64,000 nucleotides of DNA from Raillietiella orientalis (taxonomy: Eukaryota): assembly GCA_036172245.1 (NCBI GenBank), contig JAYWIR010000018.1, positions 186,001 through 250,000 of the forward strand. Reading direction: 5' to 3'. Position 1 is the first letter of the stretch. Every line of letters begins with the position of its first letter. The translations under genes were made by a program, and so were the position numbers. Below the pieces are notes generated by a model, which made no database searches, was not told the DNA's origin, and saw only the letters and a list, made by a program, of their open reading frames with translations. This document shows positions 24,046 through 35,100 of the stretch, piece by piece.

Positions 24046-27000
24046 ACAATCCTTAGTATTTTTTGGGCGTCTGACAAACTGGGAGCAGCTGCTTACGATA
24101 TGGAAACTTCCGAACTCACTTTGCTGTCAGACTGTACGGATCCTGGTCCAGATTTTTTGATGTTAAGAAAACTCCTACAGCACGTGAATGCGGGGTAAGG
24201 TGCATCCTTCCAATTTTTTATGTCCGTTGGTTCTTGGTGAGCTATCTCAAAAGTACTATCGTATCAGCACCCGATTTTATTTCCATCATTCCGAACCCGA
24301 TATGATACCATCCACCTCCCAGTTCTCTTTCATTACAGAGTAAAGCTTTCCTGTCAAACGAGGAGTGATCGATTCGTGTGACAGAAGGGAAACTAACGAT
24401 GGCTCTCGAGAATAGTCACAATGACATTTGTCTAATAGAACTCGTCCAGTGAATCCGTGGAAGATTCTAAAGTCGAACCTTACTTTCCTTATGACGATGT
24501 TTCAGATCGGTGCCATCATCGTCAAGAAGAAATCTCTCTAGATTCCATCCTTTACATGTCTTTCAGATTCTGATCAGAGAAAATAAGAGCACTCGAGACT
24601 AGCCATCAATAAATCCAAAGAACGCGAGAAGTTCGTAAACGCCACGTAGAATAGTTTTACTCGCATAATATAAATTATTTAAGTCAACCAAGAAAAAAAA
24701 ACTAAAGACTTGAAAATTTTCAAGTGCACATCACTCAGTGTATCGCGTCCTTATACAGATGTGCCGAATTTCATGGACCTGTCTCCTGGTCCGAGGAAGA
24801 TCTTGGAGAACTTGAGACTCCCAAGATACCGCATCAAGAATTTTCAATGCTGAGCATTTCTTTTGTTGATTCAAAAATGTATTTAGAAATCGTGCGACAG
24901 AAACATGCAAAATTGGTGACATGGTGGCGGTTGATAGTGGAAATCGATTGAAAAGTCTTCAAAAGTTCTTTCAGTGATTCAACTGACGAGATTGATGGGA
25001 GATCTCATCGGTTGGCAAATTGTGTTGACTTTGCGAATAGACATCTGAAGTAGGCAATGACGCTTCAGCTAATGATCGACTGCTGCTCGGTTTGATTGTG
25101 TGTGAACTCTCCAGTTGAAACGTGTTCCAGAGAAAGATTTTGCAGATGTTGGAAGGATTACTATTTTTCCTGTATCAATCATGCAGTTTAAGTAAGGCTT
25201 CATCGATCGATGCATGCCTCCACAATTAGATTGGTTGCAAAATGAACACGAAGATCCTGTTCCGTGACGATCATCAACCGGAAAAGATCTTTGAAGCATC
25301 TTCGTCCATGAAACAGTGATCACTAAGTAGATAGGTTGGAAAATCTGCCTCCTGGTCTGATTTTGAGAAGTTGTGGAAATCTTATCAACTTACATTGGGA
25401 ATAGTTAGATCTGTATTGCCTTGTCAATGTACAAAACAATTTTGCAATCAGGTCGTACGCGCCTTCGATTGGCTACAGACAAGAACAAATCTCTGTTTCG
25501 TAGGATCTGGTTACGAGAAGGATAAGTTTCCAGAATTCTCCAGCCTAAGGATATGAACAATTTCAAGAATTCCATCATAATTTGAATTTCGTCAACCACC
25601 CGACTAGTCCGAATCGAAAGACTCTTTTGTAGCAATGCACTTATAAGTGTCCTCCTCCTGTCCTGTCACTCCTCAAAGCACCAATAAGTGTGTACTAACT
25701 AGTAGACATCTTCCACGGGAAGTTAGGTTGACTTTCAAGAAATTTCCGTGGAAGTCTGAAGACTTTCCTCTCTATTATTTTGCAAGATTCACATCCTTTA
25801 CATCCTTCTTATCCTTTTCACACTTTCACAAGAAGGGAAGAGAAGTCTGGGTTCGATTCCGAGATACAAGTCAGACGCCAGCAATAGGAATACCAAGTGT
25901 TCGAAACGGGGACGCTAGTATAAAGAAACGAGATGCCGTGGTAAATGCTGGAGTCCTCGACACTTCGATTTTGATCCTAAACAGCCAAAATTGAGTATCG
26001 AACAAGTCCGAGACAACTTTCACGATGAGACATTTCTTTGAGGAGTCCAAAATTTCTTGCAGAATTTACCACTTGTTTTCTTACTTGTCTGCCGTGTTGA
26101 GCTGAAGCAACATTGTCGCCCCTCCTTTTCAGGACCATCTTGGTTAGTCGCCGAAGCAGCGAGATGTTACTTTCTCACCTGCACGCGCAGCTGGATATGT
26201 CCCGGAGCTGCTCTGGAACCATGGAACTAAAGGCGCTGTTGGAGATTCTTCCGGCTTCGGATTTCAGTACTTTGCTTCGGAGTGAACTCAAAAAAGTACC
26301 TCTCGGCTTTCAGGCGTTGAGCTCAACAGGCACCGCATCATGTCTGTCGATTATCCATCCCAACCGGCCCATCTGTCGGATCAAGAAAAAAGAATCTACG
26401 TGCAGTCGCTCATAAACTTCGGCAACACGCACACCGTGCGCTCCATGGGCGCGTTGTTCAAGCATATACAAAGCACCTCTGTTGACGAGCAAATCCGCAA
26501 AGTTCCGAAAATTCCCATTAGCGAAATGAGCTTCTTCGGCTTGTAAGTGCACGCCACCAATACTGTGACCTAAGCACTACACACGCTTATGCCACCCCAT
26601 CAGCATTATGACATATAGCAACATCTACATCCGACTCCCTTTCGCTCTGTCCTTCATGAAAAAAGACACACAAAATTCACAGCCCTTCTTCCTGCAAAGA
26701 GGAACTTTTACTCCCTTACTAGCCTTACCCTTTTACTTCCTCGAGGAACACCTTCCGGACGCGATTTTCATACGGCACTCTGTGGTACACTTCCATCGTT
26801 TTCCTCTCATCCCTATCCTCCACTGAAACACCAATCGAATCGTTCTGAAAAGGGACAGCGTATGACACTCGTGACTGATCGTCTCGTTCGTGTAGCTCAC
26901 CTTTCCGGAGGGCGACTATGTCTCGAATTTACGCGGTTTCCTTGTCTTCCTTGGATGGTTTCCAGGGATGAATCAGTATTGATTTCACCTGCGGCGTACT

Positions 27001-29234
27001 ACACGCTTCGCATATTCACCACAGAAATGCACCCCTGCTCGTACACTTCGAAGGAAGGTTTGAGCGTTTATGGCATACTGAACCGTTGCTGCTCGAAACT
27101 GGGGTCCCGCCAGTTGAGGTTTGTTTCCGGGTGACCGCGATCTGTCAGGACGGACGACTACTGCATGCTTGCAGGTTTTGGCTGTGTCGCCCAACGCGTT
27201 GTTTGACGGTCCTGAACGAAAGACTGGACGCCGTAGCGTACTGTCAAGACCCGGAAAACCTCGATTTCGTGCACTCTTGCACACAGTGCCTGAAGAACGT
27301 GAAAAATGTCATGGTAAATAGGGAGCGCGGGTGACTATTCCACGCCGTTAACGATTACCACCCCTCAGAACATCATAAACAAGCTGAAACTGGCTCAAGC
27401 CACCGTAGAAGAATGGAAAGTTCTTGATAAGGTAAGACCAGTGGAGCGAATGGAACCTCAAGAAGCAAGGAGACGGGTATCTTGAAAAGTGAAACGCGCC
27501 CTTTCAGACGGTGAGGAACGCACTCTTGCTGAAGAAGCTGTGTCTGGAGAGACGCGTGCCTGCCTTGATATCTCGCGTCGGAATCGCGGTGGGCGGAGGG
27601 TGCGAGGAAATAATGAACTGTCTGGTCAAGACCATTGACTTCGAAGCATCAGAGAAACAGCACGCATTTGTGGTTCGCCATGGTGTCGACAGCGCTCTGG
27701 ATTCAAGTGAGGGAGCGCAGAGGGCATTTTTGTAGACCATCCCCGAATTCGGAGCAGAAAAGCACCAGTTGCTCGGCTTGCCCGATCTGATGTACCATGC
27801 TGCTCTGGAAGAGCTGTCCCTGCTTCCTCCGACTGTGGCCCAATGCTCAGTGATCTACATACCGCAGATTGGGTTCCTGCTGAGCATCCCTGCCGTGGAC
27901 GACGAGCCGCCTTCTCTGGACGACAGCTACGACTTCCGAGTAAGCTCCGACAGCTCGAGCGCGTATCTCCCCAGCGAGATGCGAGATGCCCAAAGTTCAA
28001 GGTAAACGATCGAGCGCACTACAAGAGCCATCGCTGCCATCAAATGGACCTGATTATCGGAGACATCCAAGTGGACATCGCCAACCAGGAAATGGCTTTG
28101 ATGATCCGGCTGATAGAAATCATTTCTTCCCACACGGAGGAGGTCCAGGCATTCTTGCATGCATCTGCGGAGCTGGACTGGTAGCAGTGGGCACAAAGTC
28201 GAGAGCTCACCCGCTTTGCACGAAGTAGCGTCCTCTCACTGGCCGCCGTGGCGAAGGAAAACAACTACGTCCGGCCGCTTCTTGTTCGAGAGAGTCTCCT
28301 CCGCTTGAGTGGGGCGCGCCACCCTCTGCAGGAGCTGTGCGTCGATGCGTTCGTACCCAACGACATCTACACGAATCCCTGCGACAGTCGCGTGTTTATC
28401 ATAACGGGGCCCAACGCGGCAGGAAAAAGCACCTTTCTAAAACAAGTAAAAGCGCGCCAGCGCTCGCGGGAATTACGGGCAAAGGTCGTTTTGATTGCTT
28501 TCATGGCACACGTCGGCAGTTTTGTTCCTGCTGACTCTGCAACCGTGGGGTTGATGGACGCTCTTTTCACACTGGTGGAGCACAAGGAGTCGGTCGAAAC
28601 CGGAATGTCTTCGTTCATGTCGGACATGCAGCAGGTACGTGGAGGGGGGAAGTACCGCAAAGAAGTGAGCGGAGGAGGAAGTTCCCTGCCCCAGCTGTCT
28701 GAAGCCCTGAGCCTCTCGACGGGAAAGTCGCTGCTCGTATTCGATGAATTCGGAAAGTCGACCTTCGAGCGAGACGGCTTTGCCATCCTCGCAGCCAGCC
28801 TGCAAGAATTACTGGAGCGCAGCCTGCCGCCGCAAACGTTCGTGTCCACTCACTTCTTTCGGCTGAGCTCACAGCTGCTTCGAGGCCCATGCCTTTGCTT
28901 CAAACACATGGAGTTCTTCATCGATGACGGAGCCGTAGTTTACCTCTTCAAACTCACCGACGGAAACGAGTCCACGAGTCTCGCAATCATGGTTGCCGCG
29001 CAAGCTGGCATGCCGGGTACCATTACCTCGAGAGCAGAAGAGATACAGCACTATCGGAACAACGGGATGGAGTTTCAACCAGCTTCCTTACCTCGCTACG
29101 ACCAGAGGCTGCAAAGGTACGGTGCTCGAACGCTGGAACAGCAACAGAGTCTTCCCAGAGCCTTATCTGTTTCAGATAAATTCCTACAAAGGGTGCAAGC
29201 TGCTGAAGGCACCCATAAGCAGGCTGGCTCTTGA
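24046..29234 (+). CDS. MSH5: MutS protein homolog 5 (meiotic crossover factor); 5'-partial
   Basis: 13 GT-AG-bounded exons join in frame: 24046-24194, 26133-26266, 26314-26542, 26966-27118, 27175-27313, 27369-27431, 27508-27706, 27758-27939, 27996-28180, 28229-28445, 28485-28634, 28695-29116, 29159-29234 (2298 nt, 765 aa). Motifs: KEGLSVYGILNRCCSKLG, HPLQELCVDAFVPND, Walker A GPNAAGKST, AHVGSFVPA, DEFGKST, STHF. Start exon not located. Confidence 0.93.
24960..26050 (-). mobile_element. Possible decayed LINE RT fragment in MSH5 intron
   Basis: Weak motifs only (FPVDD at a YADD-like position). It fills an unusually long (1938 nt) intron. Confidence 0.25.
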
Positions 29235-30199
29235 GATGCCTCGAGATTCTATGTCGAAATTAAGGAAGGGTATCTTCCTTGATTTCGACAAAAATTCCTA
29301 CCTCCAGCATTCTTTCTCTCGCTTCTGACTCCAGAGAAGTGGCTATAACCCGCATCCACGAGGGGAACCAGCAAAGAATGGTATGCCGAGGTCTCCAACG
29401 GACGTCGGAAGCGGCGGCTTCTATTCGCTCGTGAGCACAACTTCCTCTCAGCTACAAAGGAAGTCGAGTTCTGTTCGAGGACTTTGGAAATGCCGCGACA
29501 GCGTCCACAGTTAAATAATTCACGCCAATTTCATTTCACCCTGAGCCCGGTGGCTGCAGTTGTACCCGAATTTTGTTTAGCCGACCTGCTTGGAACTTTT
29601 CCGTCACAGCTTCTCCTCTATCAGACACTTCCGTAACAACGCTTTCTGTTCCCATCCCGATTCTTGTCGATGTCTCTAACAAGAAATCCGCACTTATGGT
29701 CTGCCCACCCACTGTCACTGCGCTTCCTCAATGAAGCGGGATATGTACACAGAAAGGTCTCTCTTTTTTTCTTTCGTTCGTTCCAGCGCACTTGAGTGAA
29801 ATATAAAGAATCAGAGACATTCTCCAGTTGCTTGAAGGATCCGTCTATTGAATCCCACGCTGCCAACGGATTTGAACAGTCACCGTGGGGAAGCATCCTG
29901 TGAATTTAGCGTGCTTTTCGTCATTCAACACTGGCCATCGGTGAAACGTGGCTTTGGAAACATTGAGCTCCTCGGAATGCCAACTACAAGACGCAAATCG
30001 CAGACGGAACTTTTATCTGATGTTACATCCAACGATATCATCAACTCACAGAGAACTGCGCTTCTGGATCAAATTCACTGCACACCTTAGGGCTCCATAG
30101 AGGAAAAAGGGGACAACGCATGCAGATCGTGTCCATTGATCGGCTAGTTGTCATGGTTTTCTGGTCATATTTCTACTGGTCTCAGTTAACTGAGCAGTC

Positions 30200-30720
30200 T
30201 ATTCCCTTTCCTCACAAAGGCAGAGGCCTCTCTCGCAATAACCACTTTTTGCGACCAGGCACACACAGACGTGTAAGATTTCCATATCAACCGTTTGCCA
30301 TGCCGACTCGCCTCTTCGTTCGGCTTTAGAACGGATCATGCCCAACACTCCAGAGAACGCTTCCCATTCTCTTGAAAATTCCAGTTTCGATTCCTCTTGA
30401 AGTGGTGCTACCTTCGGTACTCCAGTGTGTCCAGTACCTCTGCTGGATGACGCCTCCATCTCCAATTCGTGTTCGATTTGTGCAGACCGATGCCCCTCTT
30501 TCAACCTTTTTTCCGTGTTTTGGCTGACTCGGTTCTGCATCCCAAACCACTCGTTCCGAAATCTCGTTTGCCCTTTTTCCGGGTGCGAATGTGGCTGGAG
30601 TTCCATCCATGAGGCATTTTGACCTTCTTCCGATGCCATCTGATGTTCTTCCTGTCCTCGCAGGTGAGCACGAAGGGAATGGTGGCTTGAAATATACCCA
30701 ATGGATCGTCTTGAAGTGGA
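30200..30720 (-). mobile_element. Possible decayed LINE endonuclease-RT linker
   Basis: QIEHELEMEASSSRG..LQEESK resembles the linker of the other copies. No clear splice structure. Confidence 0.3.
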
Positions 30721-32975
30721 CTTTATTTTTTTTTTTTTTTTTCACTGTCTCACTTGCACCGACTGCAATTTCTATACAAAATCCACAGTTACTTTTCATG
30801 GATGTGACCACCAGGTTTCTCGAGGCAGACTTCGGGGGGAGCTTCGTAGAATGACCAGTCACCTCCAGTTAAAATGCTAATATATGGTGCAGGCGCTATC
30901 ATAAAGCCACTAGAGAGACCTCTGAGTTGAAATCTTTCTTCGAGTAAAAAGCTGCAGATTGAATCAAGAGCTGTCGGGAGCCTAGATAGCAAACGCAGCT
31001 TGAATGGATGGCTGCAATGGAAAGTTTAGATTGCAACACAATTCGGTGTCAATCCAGGCTCACCATTTGCTGACGGAGGCCTCCTCTGCAGCCAAGGGCT
31101 GGGGAACAGTTTTCATCTATGAAGGCTTAGGTCTACTCTCCTCTAGATGGCATTGTGAAGTTCCAGAGAAGCCATCAACAACAGATGTGAAGCAGATGCA
31201 ATGAGTATGCAATCTGTTATGCTAAGACCCTAAGCATTGTGGAAAAGCAAATTAAGGGTGGCAGCACTCAATGTCTCGCAGTCTCCCAATAGAAACACGG
31301 ATGGAGTACCTCCTGTTTTGCTGCTTGCAGGAGCATATAGTGATAATGCATGTCTGGTCGTTCCACCTCTTAATGAGCTCGAAACATTCCCTTCATTCTA
31401 CTCTAGGAAAGGAGACTGGAAATATCTCATTTCCGATCTCTATCTCTTCAGATGCGCGAGAACACACTTGCTCCTCCGATGGTTAAAATGAGCGCCTTAT
31501 CTTTCTTTGAAGACTACAGCTCATCAACTGCAAATGAGAGATTATACACCGACTACAAGAAATCCACAGATGCAAAAAACAACTAAAAATGCTTTAAATC
31601 TTGAGATCAAGGGCGGATGAAAAGGTGCATTCAACCGACAAGGCATGACGGCAGACAGGAAGACAGTATCGTTTTGTGCAGCATCTGGAAAAGTTAAAAA
31701 GGAGAATAGCAATAAGGGGACTTTCGTTAGCAGATTTCATTGTTTACTTTTGACGTTTATCGTTCTGCGTGACAGAAAAACATACCTACCACCTCCGTAT
31801 ATGAAGGAGGCGGAAATTGTGGGCAGTGAGTCAGATCGTTTTCGTTGAGCATCAATGACAACCTGACTCAGTTCATGAAAAGAGGCTATGAATCGGCATT
31901 CAGACTTAGTTTCTGAGTTTGAAATATCAGTGGCTCTTGGAGTGGAAGTGAGCAACTTCTCTTTCCTAATTAGGACTAAAGATAGAATGATACGGATATA
32001 GACTACATAAAGTCCTTGGAAAATAAAATTACCTAGAAACTCGAGCCTCTAGCATCCAGAGGAATCCTCACTGAAAGCAAACTGTCCGATATTGGAGTTG
32101 ATATGTATGTACCGTATGTGCTCACCTTATGAGATATCTTTTCAGTTGTCGATGGCAGTAAATCTCGGCATCACACGACTCACAATTCTTGGTCGATAGA
32201 GCTAAAATGCCAAAGAACTTGCCTGAATCTTTGAGTCACAGTGATATAGGGGGTCTAAGAAATTTCTCATTAGTTTAGTCTGTGAAATGCACTACTGATT
32301 TAAGAAACCTGAAATTGAAGTAATACAGTTATGTATTCGTTCAAAGAGTACTTTTTTTTTACATGCCATATCCTACATTCTTTTTTAATTGTTGGAGAGT
32401 ATGAATTTAAGTATAATTTTACTGTTTCCGTCTTCCTGGTCTTTTGCTTGCATGAAAATGGAAAGCAAGAGATTAAAGAATTCGCATTACATTATTTCTC
32501 TTTTTCATTGTTGTTTCTGGACCTAATCAACTAAAAGAAGTCTATGACAAAACCCAGAGCACAGTGTAACTTTTTGTGTATCATAGGGAATTTTCATTTT
32601 CCTATTGCAGCCGTTGAGATGCCTGAGTTCGGCAACGGAGTAGCCGAAAATCAGAACCGCGGAAATCCCTTGTGGAAGTTGGTGAAGTTCGTGTTCCGCA
32701 GCGTTACGGTGTGACGATTGCAGAAATCACTTGCAATAAATAATTGTTTACCAGAAGGGGGCACGGAGTAGTATTTGCAAGGTGTACGTGTACATGTCAG
32801 ATGCAAACTTGCATTTAATCAGCGCTCACAAATTCATTATATTTTATCGATTTCCCTCATTGGAGATGTATGTGAATGAGCCAAGTTTGTTGTGAAGCAT
32901 CATTGTGAAAGTTGTGCATGTATCCAATTTATGTAGTTAACGTATGTAGGATGTATATAAGTATATAAAGAAGCC

Positions 32976-33269
32976 ATGAAAGTTGAAGTCCATGTAGAGT
33001 ATTGTGGAAGTTGCGGATATGAGTGGCGTTTCAAGCACCTGTGTCAACAGATTCAGGAGGCTGTTCCAGAAGCGCATGTTGTAGGTGCTTCCGGTGGTCT
33101 GTCTACTTTTGAGGTCACTGTCAACGATGTCCTCGTACATTCAAAATTAGAAACGAAACAATTTCCGAACTTCGATGAAATAGTAGCAATAGTGAAAAAT
33201 GTGCAAGCAGGTGATCAGCCACACATGGTGACAAAATATGAAGGAGGAACGTGGTGTAGTCTGCTGTAA
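32976..33269 (+). CDS. MIEN1: Migration and invasion enhancer 1-like (Rdx/SelW thioredoxin-like family), 97 aa, single coding exon
   Basis: VEYCGSCGY CxxC motif, TFEVTVNDVLVHSKLETKQFP Rdx signature and a C-terminal CaaX box (CSLL) as in MIEN1/C35. Start context is GCCATG. Confidence 0.88.
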   Translation: MKVEVHVEYCGSCGYEWRFKHLCQQIQEAVPEAHVVGASGGLSTFEVTVNDVLVHSKLETKQFPNFDEIVAIVKNVQAGDQPHMVTKYEGGTWCSLL

Positions 33270-33779
33270 ATTCAGAGGAAAGCAGATTGCCTCCCGATAA
33301 ATGAGCAATTACTTCCGAAACAATCTTCCATCTGCTGTGAAAAGAAACCAACAACATTAATAAATTCAAATATGGTGATAAACTGGGAATTACTAAAATT
33401 GCTTTTATTATTTTTGAGGAAAGATTGTTTTTGAATTCACAAAAGAAACAAATGTTTTTTATTGCGGAACGAGGTATTCTTCGGTATGCATTCTCCAAGT
33501 GCAGCCCTTACCACCTCCTAGGTTACGTATACAGCAGGCAGATAGCCTACTATGCAAATGCTCAAACAGCAAGCAACTCATACAACATTCTCACTTGTTA
33601 CCGAACTACAAACTGGTAATCTATGCAAATATTCATGACACACAACAGGTGACTTGATCTTAAAGAGAAATTAACAAAATTATTAAATTGTGCTGAAGTA
33701 TATGAAATACAGCATGTACTTCATGTGCTTCTATGTACTTGCAAGTCAGGCCAGCTGACAATGACATGATATCCATGAC

Positions 33780-35100
33780 AGTCTGTAGCCATGCGCTGAG
33801 GTGGTTTCTTATCAGCAGATTGTAAACAATCCGGGTTTTTTCAGAATCCCTGAACTCTCAGGCATTAGATTGCCTTGGTCATAGCACTCCATGGTGATTA
33901 ACTGCAGAGCAGTTCTTCACCCAGGAGCCCCATTTCTACCTTTCCTTCACAGCACCTTATCAAGAAGAACAACATTGAAGCAGCCCATGCTTCATCCTGC
34001 TTAGCAAGCACAAAATCTGAAAGCTTGGTTTCCTTCTGGGTTGTAGCTGGTGTAGGCAGATTGTCAATATGCTCTTCAGGAAAACACACTTTGTCCATGT
34101 TCTTCAGCACATTAGCAAGAAAAACAAGATTTGGCATGTTAATGGAAGAATACCTAATATGGAAATGGCTCATTTTATCAGCTAACCAATGTATGAAATG
34201 CAAGTGGCTTGGCTTATGCATGAGTTCTCCAGAAAGTAGTGTAAAAGTTCAGAGAACCAACTTTCGACAAATCTTCGCAAGTACTCTGAGGTGTCCTTGT
34301 CAACCATCAATACTATTTTTTCCAGAGCTGTAGAGAACAAATGCCTGAGCAAGCTGCTTGAGTCCCTGCCCATGGCCCAAAACTTCGCTCCCATTCGCAA
34401 ATATGCTTTCATTTGCCATGCTACCCACATAGCCTGCAGCTGCATTCCCAAGCAAAATTCTCCCTTGCCCATTCCTGGCTGCTGCCGTTTCTCGAAGGCA
34501 TCCATGACCAGAGACGATTAACCAGTCCAAAGGGCATTTGGCAATCAACTGCCCCAAGGCGAACTGTTCCTTGGCTGTCACTGTACGAGGAAATTGGCAA
34601 ATGCCATGCAGACAAAGGGGCTAGACTAATGCGAAAGGTTCATTGTCAAGCCTATGCACGTTCCTGCAGACTGTGCAGAAGTGAGAACCAGATCAAATAT
34701 CGGGAAGAGTCCTGGCTTCCAGCACACAGGGAGTGCACTTGTTCGAATGGTACTTACGATGTGAAGGATCGCGGCTAATGAAGTACTCGACCACAGAGTT
34801 TCTTTTGCACTCACTGAAGAGGCATTCAGGTGAGGCACTGCATCTCCCAGTTGGCATCACTCGATCTTCCTTGCTTCGGTGAGCATCCCCATGCCGGGGA
34901 ACAAGCTGCTCGAGAGTTTACGTTCTTCATGACGACACCTTGTTGGAAGGTCCGCATGAAGGTCTCTGATGCTTGTCTCAGCAGTCAGCACCGGGATCTT
35001 GAAAGGCTATACAGTATGCATCTTTTCCAACACACCTTTGTAACGGAGTATCGCGTGAACATTTGCGCATTTCGCTGCCGACTTTGCCGTTTACCAAAAA
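33780..35100 (-). mobile_element. Decayed, CpG-depleted LINE RT fragment
   Basis: MDAFEKRQQPGMG and SINMPNLVFLANVLKNMDKV resemble RT domains 0-2. Confidence 0.45.

Noticed and set aside
29536..30090. Minus-strand gene convergent with MSH5
   Set aside because: Short ORFs with possible splice sites but inconsistent phases and no recognisable homology.
32976..33269. Selenoprotein W with Sec
   Set aside because: The motif is CxxC with no in-frame TGA, and the CaaX end fits MIEN1.
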